A stretch of DNA of 64,000 nt from an uncultured Veillonellaceae bacterium (GCA_963805085.1 CAWDTA010000005.1:256001-320000); one strand, 5' to 3'. Positions 24,567 to 37,349 are shown, counted from the stretch's first letter. Program-made: numbers and translations. Notes: generated from the sequence alone by a model not told the origin.

Positions 24567-25646
24567 TTGTTGAAAAGACAGCTAGTGGTTGGTTTTATGG
24601 TTCTTTGTATGTTGATGCTTGGTGTGCAATGCGTATTTGCCGCAGAGAAGTCAAATGATTTACCGAATATCAAAATATTAGCTACAGGTGGAACTATTGC
24701 TGGTAGTGCAAGCTCTAATACGCAAATGACTGGTTACAAAGCTGGTGCACTTGGTATCCAAACTTTGATTGATGCTGTACCGCAAATTAAAGACTATGCA
24801 AATGTTTCAGGTGAACAAGTTTGCAAACTTGACAGTAAAGATATGTCAAATGACGTTTGGTTAAAATTAGGTAAAAGAATCAACGAATTATTAGCAGATA
24901 ATAGTGTTGATGGTATCGTAATCACACACGGTACAGATACTTTAGAAGAAACTGCTTATTTCTTAAACTTAGTTGTAAAAAGCGATAAACCAGTTGTTCT
25001 TGTTGGTTCTATGCGCCCTGCAACAGCAATTAGTGCAGATGGTCCATTAAACTTATTAAATGCTGTTCGCGTAGCTAGTAGCAAAGATGCTATTGGTAAA
25101 GGTGTTTTAGTTGTAATGAACGACGAAATCAATGGTGCTCGTGACGTTACGAAAACTAACACCACAAATGTAGATACTTTCAAAACTCCTGAACTTGGTT
25201 TCTTAGGTTATGTAAACGATGGCAAACCTTGTTTCTATCGTGAAAGCACTCGTAAACACACTGCAAAAAGCGAATTTGATGTTAATGGCCTAAATATATT
25301 ACCTTATGTAAAAGTTATTTATGGACATGCTGATGATGACGGAGTATTCGTTGATGCTGCAGTTGCTGCAGGTGCAAAAGGTATCATCTATGCTGGTACA
25401 GGGAATGGTAGCATTCATAAAAATGCTGAAGCAGCTTTAGCTGAAGCTACTAAAAAAGGCGTTGTAGTTGTTCGCAGCTCACGTGTTGGTAATGGCACAG
25501 TAATTGATGCTGAACAATCTTACATCGATGAACATTTCTTAAATGGTGATTCTTTAAATCCACAAAAAGCAAGAATCTTATTATCTCTTGCATTAACTAA
25601 AACAAATGATTTAAGTGAAATTCAAAGAATGTTCAACGAATATTAA
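24567..25646 (+). CDS. ansB: secreted type II L-asparaginase
   Basis: Signal peptide, ATGGTIAG, HGTDTLEETAYFL, SMRPATAISADGP, LNPQKARILL. Confidence 0.92.
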   Translation: MLKRQLVVGFMVLCMLMLGVQCVFAAEKSNDLPNIKILATGGTIAGSASSNTQMTGYKAGALGIQTLIDAVPQIKDYANVSGEQVCKLDSKDMSNDVWLKLGKRINELLADNSVDGIVITHGTDTLEETAYFLNLVVKSDKPVVLVGSMRPATAISADGPLNLLNAVRVASSKDAIGKGVLVVMNDEINGARDVTKTNTTNVDTFKTPELGFLGYVNDGKPCFYRESTRKHTAKSEFDVNGLNILPYVKVIYGHADDDGVFVDAAVAAGAKGIIYAGTGNGSIHKNAEAALAEATKKGVVVVRSSRVGNGTVIDAEQSYIDEHFLNGDSLNPQKARILLSLALTKTNDLSEIQRMFNEY

Positions 25647-25800
25647 GACATGCTAGTTGACAGTTGTTAGTAAGCCTTAACTAGCAACATAAATAATAGA
25701 AGACCAGACAGTTCTAAAGTCTAAGTAATTTACTTAGAAAACACCCTGAAAGTACACTTGCTTTTTAGAAGCAGGTGTATTTTTTACGTAATTGGATAAA

Positions 25801-25833
25801 ATTAAGCCAGGCGCATCAAAGGCCTGGCTTAAT
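25801..25833. terminator. hairpin terminator between convergent genes
   Basis: attaagccaggc-gcatcaaag-gcctggcttaat. Confidence 0.65.
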
Positions 25834-25858
25834 TTGTCGATTCTATTTTATTTTGTTG

Positions 25859-26131
25859 TTAAGGTTTGCCGTTTGAATCGTAAGCAGAAGTCATACTATT
25901 TTTCTTTTTTGCAGTACTTTTGCTGCTTGATTGGCTAGAGCTAGAATAATCTTGGTTGGTATCTTCTAGTGCTGTCATTGTTCCATATTCACTCATACTT
26001 GATTGGGTTGAATCCATAGCACTATTTGTTGTACTTTGCTTACTAGAGTAATCTTGATTAGTATCTGATAGTGCTGTTAACGTACCAAATTTTGATTTGC
26101 TTTCAGAGTTTTTATTGTTGCTTGTCTTCAT
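25859..26131 (-). CDS. small hydrophilic protein with internal duplication
   Basis: RBS gggagg; repeat FGTLTALSDTNQDYSS / YGTMTALEDTNQDYSS; S/T/N/Q/K-rich. Confidence 0.75.
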   Translation of the reverse strand: MKTSNNKNSESKSKFGTLTALSDTNQDYSSKQSTTNSAMDSTQSSMSEYGTMTALEDTNQDYSSSSQSSSKSTAKKKNSMTSAYDSNGKP

Positions 26132-26417
26132 AAAAATGCCTCCCTTAAATTTTATTTTTGGGAACGTTAATAGTATCTGATTTTTTTCGACAACAATACT
26201 GAACGTTTTCTGGTAAAGTCAATGCTAAAAAATCCATAAATGGGAAAAAATCTCAAAAATAAATGATTTTCGACTGGCAAATATCAAGTTTCCATTCAAA
26301 AAGAATAAGGATTACAAAAAAGTGTTGACAAAGTTTTAAAATATTGCAATAATGTATACAAATTTACAACATTACATATTGTAATACGAAGCGATATGTA
26401 GTAAAATATTAAGAGTA

Positions 26418-26665
26418 AGAGTTATGACTAGGTAAAGAGTATTACATGACCACTTCAGAGAGCCGATGGTTGCTGCGAATCGGCGTGGAGCTAATGCTTG
26501 ACTTCGCCTAAGAGCTTTCGTGTCGATGTGCATTGCAAGTAGGCAGGAACGTTGCTCAGCGTTAATGAGAAGTCTATTTTAGGCATTTTGAGTATAATGT
26601 AGGGTGGTACCGCGGTAAGTAATCCGCCCCTACTGGCTAATGGTCAGTAGGGGCGGTTTTTATTT
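26418..26665 (+). promoter_or_regulatory. T-box riboswitch (probably Leu specifier)
   Basis: AGAGA/GCTG stem I motifs, GGGTGGTACCGCGG T-box at 26602-26615, terminator ccgcccctactg...cagtaggggcggttttt; probable specifier CTT near 26502; upstream TTGACA at 26325. Confidence 0.92.
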
Positions 26666-26694
26666 ATGCATATTCGTATGGAGGAGATAGGCAA

Positions 26695-28216
<1,522 letters not shown>

Positions 28217-28507
28217 TTAAGAGTATTGTGGCAGTAAAATGTTATGAAGTAGTTACCCTTTGTTTTAGCAAGAACAGGAGAAAGTCGCGCGATGAAGTAT
28301 CGTTTTTGTTGAAAGAAAAGTAAATAAGTCGGCGACGGTTTTTATAACATAGGAAAGAAGGTGGGGGATGTTGCTGAGCAGCATCCCCATTTTCTAATAA
28401 AAGACCATTCAAATTTGGAAAGAAGATAGTTGCAGTGCTACAAAGATTATGATAATAGTGGATAACGAGCTTTTTGATAGTCAGCGGAAAAGGAAAGGCG
28501 GAGGCAT

Positions 28508-30043
28508 ATGGAAAACGGCCCAATTAAAATTTTTGATACAACTTTACGGGATGGAGAGCAGACACTAGGTGTTTGTTTAGATACGAAAGAAAAAGTTGAA
28601 ATTGCCCAGGCGTTAGTAAAAATGAATGTGGATGTCATTGAAGCTGGTTTTCCTGTTGCTTCACCTGCTGATTTTAAAGCTGTGAGTGCTATTGCGAGTC
28701 ATGTAAAAGGTGTGACAGTCGCAGCACTTACAAGAGCAAATCAAAAAGATATTGATTTGGCAAGGCAAGCACTGGAATATGCCGAATATCCTCGCTTACA
28801 TACATTTATGGCAACCAGTGATATCCAGTTGGAGCACAAGCTAAAAATGACACGGGCGCAGGTATTGGCACATTCACAAGAAGCCGTCCGTTATGCAAAA
28901 CAGTTTTTTTCTGATGTTCAATTTTCAGCAGAGGATGCGGTACGATCTGATTGGGACTTTTTGTGCCAAGTATATAGCTCGGCTATTGCAGCTGGGGCAA
29001 CAACGATTAATATTTGTGATACCGTTGGTTATGCAACACCAATGGAGTTTGGTGCGCTGGTAAACTATATCAAAGAACATGTTGTCAATATTGAAAAGGC
29101 AACGATTAGTGTACATTGTCATGATGATTTAAATATGGCAGTTGCCAATTCGCTCGCAGGAATCATAAGTGGTGCTAGGCAAGTAGAGTGCACGGTCAAT
29201 GGTCTGGGCGAACGGGCGGGAAATGCTAGTTTAGAATCCATTGTTATGGCACTAGAGACACGCAATGAGTATTATCAACATAGATCTCAAGTTGATCTCA
29301 AGCAAATCTATCGTACATCGAGACTTGTCAGTACGTTAAGCGGTATTGCAGTGCCAGTGAATAAGCCAATTGTCGGAGATAACGTGTTTAGCCATGGGGC
29401 AAGTATGCATCAAAATAGCGTAGTGAACTATGCGCCGACTTTTGAAATTATTAATCCTGCGAAACTCGGCATCAGTCGTAACTTGGTGGTACTCGGTAGG
29501 CAGTCAAGTCGTGAAGTGTTTGAAGAACGAGTTGCCCAATTGGGATATGAGCTTTTTAGCAATACGGTCAATCAATTATTTGTCCAGTTTAGAGAGCTAG
29601 CAAATCGGAAAAAATTTGTGTTTGATCGCGATATCGAAGCTCTCATCAATTCAAAGAAAAATGAAATTATCGAGCATTATCGATTGATTTGTCATAATGT
29701 TTTAAGTGGTAATCAAACCATCGCCACAGCTTCCGTTCAATTAATGGATAACAAAAATCAATTGCTTGAAGAAGCCAGTTGTGGTGATGGGCCAGTGGAT
29801 GCGGTGTTTAAGGCCATTAAAAAAGCCGTTGGTCGAGAAATTACCTTGAAAGACTATCAGCTCAAAGCTGTGACTTCAGGACAAGACGCGTTAGGGGAAG
29901 CGACGGTTTGGGTGGAGGAAAACAACCTTACCTATAGTGGTCGTGGGCTTAGTACAGATGTGATTGAAGCATCGGCCAAAGCCTATGTCAATGCGTTAAA
30001 TAAGATTATATCTGGTAATAGCGTAAATATAGACGCAAAGTAA
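28508..30043 (+). CDS. leuA: 2-isopropylmalate synthase-like (divergent)
   Basis: [25 protein letters not shown]-terminal GDGPVDA regulatory domain; operon context. Confidence 0.85.
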   Translation: MENGPIKIFDTTLRDGEQTLGVCLDTKEKVEIAQALVKMNVDVIEAGFPVASPADFKAVSAIASHVKGVTVAALTRANQKDIDLARQALEYAEYPRLHTFMATSDIQLEHKLKMTRAQVLAHSQEAVRYAKQFFSDVQFSAEDAVRSDWDFLCQVYSSAIAAGATTINICDTVGYATPMEFGALVNYIKEHVVNIEKATISVHCHDDLNMAVANSLAGIISGARQVECTVNGLGERAGNASLESIVMALETRNEYYQHRSQVDLKQIYRTSRLVSTLSGIAVPVNKPIVGDNVFSHGASMHQNSVVNYAPTFEIINPAKLGISRNLVVLGRQSSREVFEERVAQLGYELFSNTVNQLFVQFRELANRKKFVFDRDIEALINSKKNEIIEHYRLICHNVLSGNQTIATASVQLMDNKNQLLEEASCGDGPVDAVFKAIKKAVGREITLKDYQLKAVTSGQDALGEATVWVEENNLTYSGRGLSTDVIEASAKAYVNALNKIISGNSVNIDAK

Positions 30044-30059
30044 TAAGGAGGCTTTTTCT

Positions 30060-31319
30060 ATGGGAATGAATATGACGGAAAAAATCTTGGCAAAGCATGC
30101 GGGCTTAGCATCCGTAGTGCCAGGACAATTGATTAACTGCAAACTTGATATGGTGCTTGCAAATGATATTACAGCACCTCCAGCAATTAAAGAGTTTGAA
30201 AAAATCGGCAAGCCAGTATTTGATCATACAAAAATTGCTTTAGTACCTGATCATTTCACACCGAATAAAGATATCAAAACTGCGGCAATGACAAAAGCAG
30301 TACGTGATTTTGCTAAAGAAAATAATATCGTAAATTATTTTGAAGTAGGCCGTATGGGCATCGAACATGTTATTTTACCAGAAAAAGGTCTGGTAGCTCC
30401 TGGACTATTAACAATCGGTGCAGATTCACACACTTGTACGTATGGGGCGCTTGGTGGTTTTGCTACTGGGGTTGGTACAACTGACCTTGGTGTAGCACTT
30501 GCAACCGGTGAATGCTGGTTTAAAGTTCCTGAAACAATCAAAGTAACGCTGAATGGTGTATTGCCAAAAGGAATCAATGGGAAAGATGTTATCTTAACCT
30601 TAATTGGTATGATTGGTGTAGATGGCGCGAGATATCAAGCAATTGAGTTTGCTGGTCAAGGTCTTGCTTCCTTAACCATGACGGATCGCTTTACCATTGC
30701 GAATATGGCAATTGAAGCTGGCGGCAAAAATGGTATTTTCCCAGTGGATGAAAAAACCATGGAATATATTGAAGGACGCGTAACAAAAGAGTATGAAGTA
30801 GTAACTTCAGATGCAGATGCAAACTATGCAAGAGAGGTTGTTATCAATCTTTCCGAAATGAAACCAGTCGTGGCATTCCCACATTTACCTGGCAATGTAA
30901 AACGCGTTTGTGACATTGGTGAAATTAAAATTGATCAAGTTGTGATTGGTTCTTGTACTAATGGTCGCTTAGAAGATTTAAAACATGCAGCAGAAATTTT
31001 GGCAGGTCATCAAGTGCATAAAGATGTAAGATGTATCGTTGTTCCTGGTAGTCAACAAGTCTATCTTGAAGCAATGAACGCTGGTTATGTTGAAACCTTT
31101 ATCAATGCAGGCGCAGCAGTAAGTACGCCTACTTGTGGTCCATGTATGGGCGGGCATATGGGAATCTTAACAGCAGGAGAACGTTGTGTATCGACGACAA
31201 ATCGTAATTTCAGAGGTCGTATGGGGCATGTAGATAGCGAAGTATATTTGGCAGGCCCACATGTTGCAGCAGCAAGCGCAATCCTAGGCAAAATTGCAGT
31301 TCCAGAGGAGGTAAAATAA
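30060..31319 (+). CDS. leuC: 3-isopropylmalate dehydratase large subunit
   Basis: [34 protein letters not shown]. Confidence 0.93.
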   Translation: MGMNMTEKILAKHAGLASVVPGQLINCKLDMVLANDITAPPAIKEFEKIGKPVFDHTKIALVPDHFTPNKDIKTAAMTKAVRDFAKENNIVNYFEVGRMGIEHVILPEKGLVAPGLLTIGADSHTCTYGALGGFATGVGTTDLGVALATGECWFKVPETIKVTLNGVLPKGINGKDVILTLIGMIGVDGARYQAIEFAGQGLASLTMTDRFTIANMAIEAGGKNGIFPVDEKTMEYIEGRVTKEYEVVTSDADANYAREVVINLSEMKPVVAFPHLPGNVKRVCDIGEIKIDQVVIGSCTNGRLEDLKHAAEILAGHQVHKDVRCIVVPGSQQVYLEAMNAGYVETFINAGAAVSTPTCGPCMGGHMGILTAGERCVSTTNRNFRGRMGHVDSEVYLAGPHVAAASAILGKIAVPEEVK

Positions 31320-31321
31320 TT

Positions 31322-31810
31322 ATGACATTAGAAGGAAAAGTTTGGCGTTATGGTGATAATATTGATACAGATGTTATTATCCCAGCTCGTTATTTGAATT
31401 CATTTGATCCAAAAGAATTGGCATCACACTGTATGGTCGACATTGATGAAACCTTTGCTCAGAACGTGGTAGAAGGTGATATCATGGTGGGTGGCAAAAA
31501 CTTTGGTTGTGGTTCTTCGCGGGAACATGCCCCGATTGCGATCAAAGCAGCTGGTGTACCTGTGATTGTAGCTGCAAACTTTGCGCGTATTTTCTATCGC
31601 AATGGTATTAATATCGGCTTACCTTTGTTAGAAATTGGTGATGACGTAGAAAAAATCAAAGCTGGGCACAAACTTCGTATTGATGTCAGCGCAGGAACAG
31701 TTGAAAATTTAACGACTGGTGATGTATTTAAAGCACAACCATTGCCTGGTTTTATTCAAGATATTGCTAAAGCTGGTGGTTTAGTGAACTATGTGAAGGA
31801 GACCAAATAA
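31322..31810 (+). CDS. leuD: 3-isopropylmalate dehydratase small subunit
   Basis: DNIDTDVIIPARYL, NFGCGSSREHA. Confidence 0.93.
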   Translation: MTLEGKVWRYGDNIDTDVIIPARYLNSFDPKELASHCMVDIDETFAQNVVEGDIMVGGKNFGCGSSREHAPIAIKAAGVPVIVAANFARIFYRNGINIGLPLLEIGDDVEKIKAGHKLRIDVSAGTVENLTTGDVFKAQPLPGFIQDIAKAGGLVNYVKETK

Positions 31811-31811
31811 T

Positions 31812-32879
31812 ATGGCTAAAAAAATTGTTGTCATCCCTGGCGATGGCATTGGTGAAGAAATCACAAGTGCGGCAGTGGTTGTCCTTGAAAAAGTTGCAGA
31901 GAAGCATAATTTAGCGCTTACCTTTGAAAAGCATCATGCTGGTGGAACTGCATATGATTTATATGGGACACCACTACCAGAAAGTACAATCAAAGCGGCG
32001 AAAGCTTCTGATGGAGTACTCTTTGGTGCTGTGGGCGGCGATAAATGGGATAGTGTTGAACCAGCGCTTCGTCCAGAAAAAGCGATTTTGGGTTTAAGAA
32101 AAGAGCTTGGTCTATATGCAAACCTACGCCCCATAAAAGTGCCAGAGTCTATGGCTGAATATTCACCGCTAAAAAAAGAATTGGTGAGTGGGATTGATAT
32201 CATGATCGTTCGTGAATTGATCGGTGGTATTTACTTTGGGGAAAAATGCGAATCAGAAATCATTGACGGCGTGGAGCGTGCTTGGGATCTGGAAAATTAT
32301 AGTACGCCAGAGGTGGATCGTATCGTTCGTCTTGCTTGTGAAACAGCACAAAAACGTAGTGGTAAAGTGGTTTCTGTTGATAAAGCGAATGTATTAGCAA
32401 CTTCAAGATTATGGCGGAGAACTGCGGGAGCTGTGGCGAAAGACTATGAAGATGTAACACTTTCTAATATGTATGTAGATAACTGTGCAATGCAACTTGC
32501 GATCAATCCGAAAAACTTTGATGTGATCGTGACAGGAAATCTGTTTGGTGATATCCTTAGTGATGAGGCGGCTGTACTTGGCGGTTCTATCGGTATGATG
32601 CCATCGGCTAGTATTGGTGAAAGCACAAGTCTTTATGAGCCAATCCATGGATCAGCGCCAGATATCACTGGTCTTGGTATTGCAAATCCGATTGGTACGA
32701 TTTTGTCAGCGGCAATGCTCCTTCGCTATTCTTTAAATGAAGAAGCGGCAGCGCAGAGCATTGAAATAGCAGTAGAAAAAGCCTTGCAAGATGGCTATCG
32801 CACGGCTGATTTATATCGGGATGGCTTTAAGAAAGTAACGACAACGCAAATGGCAGATATCATTGCCGAACGTATCTAA
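31812..32879 (+). CDS. leuB: 3-isopropylmalate dehydrogenase
   Basis: PGDGIG, LYANLRP, NLFGDILSDEA, EPIHGSAPDI. Confidence 0.95.
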   Translation: MAKKIVVIPGDGIGEEITSAAVVVLEKVAEKHNLALTFEKHHAGGTAYDLYGTPLPESTIKAAKASDGVLFGAVGGDKWDSVEPALRPEKAILGLRKELGLYANLRPIKVPESMAEYSPLKKELVSGIDIMIVRELIGGIYFGEKCESEIIDGVERAWDLENYSTPEVDRIVRLACETAQKRSGKVVSVDKANVLATSRLWRRTAGAVAKDYEDVTLSNMYVDNCAMQLAINPKNFDVIVTGNLFGDILSDEAAVLGGSIGMMPSASIGESTSLYEPIHGSAPDITGLGIANPIGTILSAAMLLRYSLNEEAAAQSIEIAVEKALQDGYRTADLYRDGFKKVTTTQMADIIAERI

Positions 32880-32908
32880 GAAAAATTTATTTAATGGAGG
32901 TAAGTATC

Positions 32909-34579
32909 ATGAAAATAACAGGTGCAAAGGCAGTTGTAGAATGTTTATTGGAACAAGGTGTTGATACCGTCTTTGGCTATCCTGGCGGAATGATATTACC
33001 TCTTTATAATGCTTTATATGATGAAACGAACATCCAACAGGTGCTTACTTTCCACGAACAAGGTGCCGCGCATGCCGCAGATGGCTATGCGCGGGCCAGT
33101 GGAAAAGTGGGGGTGTGTATTGCAACTTCCGGCCCAGGTGCTACCAACCTAGTAACAGGACTGGCTACAGCTTTTATGGATTCGGTGCCAGTGGTAGCGA
33201 TTACCGGGCAAGTAGAAACGGCACTTTTAGGGCGCGATGCCTTTCAAGAAATTGATATTATGGGTGTAACAATGCCGATCACCAAACATAATTTTCAAGT
33301 CAAAGACATCAGTAAATTATGCCAAACTATGCGACTTGCGTTTAAAGTGGCGAGTTCAGGACGGCAGGGTCCAGTACTTGTTGATATACCGCGCGACATA
33401 TTTAATGAAATGGTTAACTTTGAAGGTGTACCAACCATGATAAATCCTGAATGGAAGGTTACGAGCGATGAGCTTGATAGTTTAATTCAAGAAGCAGCAG
33501 AGGTAATTAGCCATGCTGAGAAGCCAGTGATTGTCGCTGGTGGAGGGGTTATTTCAGCCAGTGCGAGTGAAGAATTAATTGCTTTTGCCGAGAAATGTCA
33601 TTTGCCGGTTGTGAATACCTTGATGGGGCTTGGTGGTTTCCCCAGAACGCATGAACAATCATTAGGAATGACAGGGATGCATGGACTGAAAATGGCGAAT
33701 AACGCCGTTTTTGAAGCGGATGTTGTCATTGCCGTAGGGAGTCGTTTTGGCGACCGGTTAACAGGAAATCGTGATAAATATTCGAAAGATAAAAGAGTCA
33801 TACATATAGATATCGACCCAGCGGAGATTGATAAAAATGTCATTAGCAGTATTGGCCTCGCTGGAGAGATGAAAACAATTTTAACGATGTTGATGAGTGC
33901 TACTACAACGGGAGATCTTACCAAGTGGTGGAATATGATAGATGATTGGAAAGAGACCTATAAACTGAACTATGATGATAGTTATTTAAATATGCCTTGG
34001 GCGATGAACTATGTCGCTGAGGTCACAAAGGAAAAAGATGTTGCTGTTGTTACTGACGTTGGTCAGCATCAAATGTGGGCGGCACAAAATTTAAGAATGA
34101 CAAAACCACGTACTTGGATCACTTCGGGTGGTTTAGGTACAATGGGGTTTGGGCTTCCAGCGGCAATGGGCGCACAAATTGCTGCTGGCGATAGTGGCAG
34201 AAGGATGATCCACATCGCTGGTGATGGTGGTATTAAAATGACTGGAAATGAGTATTATACCATTGCAACACTTGGGTTGCCGATCATTTCAATTATTGTC
34301 GATAATAGCAGTCTAGGCATGATTAGACAGCTGCAAAAAGTATTTTATAAAGAACGTTATATTGCTTGTGAGTTCAATGGTGGTATGGATTTTGCCATGT
34401 ATGCAAAAAGTTTTGGCATTCATGGCGTAGCGGTTGATACGCCAGAGGAGTTTAAAAGAGCGTTTGATGCAGCATTGGCAAGTGAAAAGCCCCAAGTTAT
34501 CGTGATGAATATTGCTAGAGAATTTGTAAAACCAATGGCAAAAGCCGGGGCGGAAATTAACGAATTTGTTGACTTATAG
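32909..34579 (+). CDS. ilvB: acetolactate synthase large subunit
   Basis: FGYPGG, HEQGAAHAADGYAR, TDVGQHQMW, GDGG TPP motif. Confidence 0.94.
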   Translation: MKITGAKAVVECLLEQGVDTVFGYPGGMILPLYNALYDETNIQQVLTFHEQGAAHAADGYARASGKVGVCIATSGPGATNLVTGLATAFMDSVPVVAITGQVETALLGRDAFQEIDIMGVTMPITKHNFQVKDISKLCQTMRLAFKVASSGRQGPVLVDIPRDIFNEMVNFEGVPTMINPEWKVTSDELDSLIQEAAEVISHAEKPVIVAGGGVISASASEELIAFAEKCHLPVVNTLMGLGGFPRTHEQSLGMTGMHGLKMANNAVFEADVVIAVGSRFGDRLTGNRDKYSKDKRVIHIDIDPAEIDKNVISSIGLAGEMKTILTMLMSATTTGDLTKWWNMIDDWKETYKLNYDDSYLNMPWAMNYVAEVTKEKDVAVVTDVGQHQMWAAQNLRMTKPRTWITSGGLGTMGFGLPAAMGAQIAAGDSGRRMIHIAGDGGIKMTGNEYYTIATLGLPIISIIVDNSSLGMIRQLQKVFYKERYIACEFNGGMDFAMYAKSFGIHGVAVDTPEEFKRAFDAALASEKPQVIVMNIAREFVKPMAKAGAEINEFVDL

Positions 34580-34665
34580 ACGATAATGAAGTACAGTAGT
34601 GGATATTATTGTAGCAAATCGTATGGTTGCTATAAAGTTCTTTTCATTATATGGAGGTATAAACT

Positions 34666-35499
34666 ATGCAATTATGGTGCACAGAAAATCAAACTGAAAA
34701 TTTGGGCTTAACAACTCGTGTAAAAGAAACTTTATTTGCTGGTAAATCTGAGTTTCAAGATGTCGCAGTTGTAGATTCTTATCAATTCGGCAGAATGTTA
34801 GTATTAGACGGAGTTTTTCAAACAAGCATTGCCGAGGAGTTCGTTTATCATGAGATGATTTCTCATGTACCACTTTATATTCATCCAAACCCTAAACGTG
34901 TACTTGTTATCGGTGGCGGTGATGGTGGCGTTGTTCGTGAAGTTGTTCGTCATGATAGTGTTGAAAAAGTAGAAATGGTTGAAATTGATGGTATGGTAGT
35001 AGAAGTGTCAAAAAAATATTTACCGGAAATCAGTGTAGCAATGCGTGAAAATAATCCAAAACTTGAACTTAAAATTGGCGATGGCATTGGCCATATGGCA
35101 GCAGCAGAAAATAAATACGATGTCATCATCGTCGACTGCTCAGATCCAATTGGTCCTGGTGAAGGCTTGTTTACTCGTGAATTTTATAAAAATGTACATA
35201 AAGCATTAAAAGAGGATGGTTTGTTTGTACAACAAACAGAATCACCATTTTATCATCAAAAATTAATCAAAAAAATTACGAAAGATGTCAAATCTATCTT
35301 CCCAATCCATGATCTGTATTTGGCACATATTCCAATTTATCCAGGTGGGATGCATTGTTTTACAATTGGTTCTAAAAAATATAAGCCAACGGATGCTGAT
35401 TTAACAAAGCGTCAAAAACTAGAAACTCGTTATTATAATGAAGGCTTGCAAACAGCATGTTTTGCCTTGCCTAATTTTGTAAAAGAATTAATTAAATAG
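34666..35499 (+). CDS. speE: polyamine aminopropyltransferase (spermidine synthase)
   Basis: YHEMISH, VLVIGGGDGG, DVIIVDCSDP. Confidence 0.95.
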   Translation: MQLWCTENQTENLGLTTRVKETLFAGKSEFQDVAVVDSYQFGRMLVLDGVFQTSIAEEFVYHEMISHVPLYIHPNPKRVLVIGGGDGGVVREVVRHDSVEKVEMVEIDGMVVEVSKKYLPEISVAMRENNPKLELKIGDGIGHMAAAENKYDVIIVDCSDPIGPGEGLFTREFYKNVHKALKEDGLFVQQTESPFYHQKLIKKITKDVKSIFPIHDLYLAHIPIYPGGMHCFTIGSKKYKPTDADLTKRQKLETRYYNEGLQTACFALPNFVKELIK

Positions 35500-35512
35500 G
35501 CTAATATAGGAT

Positions 35513-35558
35513 AAAAGCCATGAAGTACAGTTTTGTAAACCGTATTTCATGGCTTTTT
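35513..35558. terminator. bidirectional terminator
   Basis: aaaagccatgaa...ttcatggctttt between convergent genes. Confidence 0.75.
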
Positions 35559-35564
35559 GCTTGC

Positions 35565-36677
35565 TTATTTTAAGTTTTCTGGATTTAATCCTTGGAGTGC
35601 ATCGATTACGAAACGACCGTCTTTTCTGATCAAAACGTCATCGAAGTAGATTTCACCGCCACCATATTCTGGGGTTTGGATGCAGACCAAATCCCAATGA
35701 ATTGCCGAGGTGTTGCCATTGTTTGCTTCTTTATACGCCATGCCTGGAGTGAAGTGGAAGCTACCTTGGATTTTTTCATCAAATAATGTATCTTTCATTG
35801 GGGTAGTGATGAAAGGGTTAACTCCAAGTGCGAATTCACCAACGTAGCGGGCACCGGCATCGGTATCGAAGACTTCATTGATTTTTTCCGTGTGATTTGC
35901 TGTTGCAGTAATAATTTTTCCTGCTTCAAAAGTTAAACTAATGTTTTCATACGTAACGCCTTGATATACGGCGGGGGTATTGTAGGATAATGTACCGTAA
36001 ATACTATCTTTTACTGGTGCGGTATAAACTTCTCCATCCGGAATATTGCGCAGACCGGAACATTTGACTGCCGGAATATCTTTGATAGAAAAGCTAAGAT
36101 CCGTGCCAGGTCCAATGATATGCACTTTATCTGTTCGATTCATTAGTTCAACTAGCGGCGTCATTGCAGTATCCATTTTTGCGTAATCTAGATTACAAAC
36201 ATTAAAGTAGAAATCTTCAAACGCTTCGGTGCTCATATTCGCTAGCTGCGCCATGGAGCCGTTGGGATAGCGCATAACGCACCATTTTGTGTCAGGGACA
36301 CGGATGTCGCTATGTACAGGTTTTTGCCAATATTGCTGATAAAGTTTCATTTTTTCACTCGGCACATCAGATAATTCACTGACATTTGCACTCGCGCGAA
36401 TACCCAAATAGGCATCCATTTGTTTCATGCGATTTGCTTCGTAATTAGCAATGATATTTAACTGAGCTTTGCTTGCTCCGCTGATTAAGGCACGTTGTAA
36501 TTCGTTATTTTTTATTGTTAAAAAAGGTAGAGCACCAACGTTATATACTTCTTTTACTAAGGCTTTAGCAAGTGGCTGTGCATCATCGAATACTTCAATC
36601 AGTATTTTCTCGCCTTTTTGCAAATCTGTAGAATAATGAATTAAATTTCTTGCAAGGGTTGTTATTCTTGAATCCAT
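35565..36677 (-). CDS. M29 aminopeptidase (AmpS/PepS-like)
   Basis: NIPDGEVYTAP, GEFALG, LFDEKI, SAIHWDLV. Confidence 0.9.
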   Translation of the reverse strand: MDSRITTLARNLIHYSTDLQKGEKILIEVFDDAQPLAKALVKEVYNVGALPFLTIKNNELQRALISGASKAQLNIIANYEANRMKQMDAYLGIRASANVSELSDVPSEKMKLYQQYWQKPVHSDIRVPDTKWCVMRYPNGSMAQLANMSTEAFEDFYFNVCNLDYAKMDTAMTPLVELMNRTDKVHIIGPGTDLSFSIKDIPAVKCSGLRNIPDGEVYTAPVKDSIYGTLSYNTPAVYQGVTYENISLTFEAGKIITATANHTEKINEVFDTDAGARYVGEFALGVNPFITTPMKDTLFDEKIQGSFHFTPGMAYKEANNGNTSAIHWDLVCIQTPEYGGGEIYFDDVLIRKDGRFVIDALQGLNPENLK

Positions 36678-36830
36678 GAACGAAGACTCCTTTATTTTTA
36701 TATTTTTAGCTTATAATGCTATTATTAGGTAAAGTTCGGAAAAAAAATCATAAAACCTGCAGAAAAAGATAAATAAATAAAAAAACGCTTGCTTTTTTAT
36801 TTTACATACCATATAATAATAAATGTTCCT

Positions 36831-36906
36831 TCCTTGATAGCTCAGTTGGTAGAGCAATCGGCTGTTAACCGATCGGTCGTAGGTTCGAGTCCTACTCAAG
36901 GAGCCA
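36831..36906 (+). tRNA. tRNA-Asn(GTT)
   Basis: Cloverleaf tccttgatagctcagttggtagagc...ctGTTaa...gttcgagtcc...gagcca. Confidence 0.96.
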
Positions 36907-36909
36907 AGT

Positions 36910-36984
36910 GGCCCGTTGGTCAAGCGGTTAAGACACCGCCCTTTCACGGCGGCTTCACGGGTTCGAATCTCGTACGGGTCACCA
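36910..36984 (+). tRNA. tRNA-Glu(TTC)
   Basis: ggcccgttggtcaagcggttaagac...ctTTCac...gttcgaat...gtcacca. Confidence 0.95.
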
Positions 36985-37081
36985 AATAAGCAGAGAACCA
37001 AAATCAAAATTGATTTTGTGTGAATCGCTTTGTTCTAAGCTACAGCGAGGAACTTCATTTTCCCATTTGGTGTTTTTAAGT

Positions 37082-37157
<76 letters not shown>

Positions 37158-37349
37158 TTAAAACTTGATAATTTAAAAAGAAGCGAGTATTTGGCAAGAC
37201 CAAGTGCTCGCTTTATTGTTTTGTAAAAATAGTTGTTGTATATTTTATACTTGCTTCTTTTTTTGCAAATTGATTTTGCTTTTATTATAATAAAAAGTAA
37301 TTGAGAACTTTATAGAAGAATCGTTAACATTTTGTTAGGATGTGGGTAT

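Noticed and set aside
36711-37007. ORFs of 98 aa (-) and 66 aa (+)
   Set aside because: Shadow ORFs over tRNA-Asn and tRNA-Glu.
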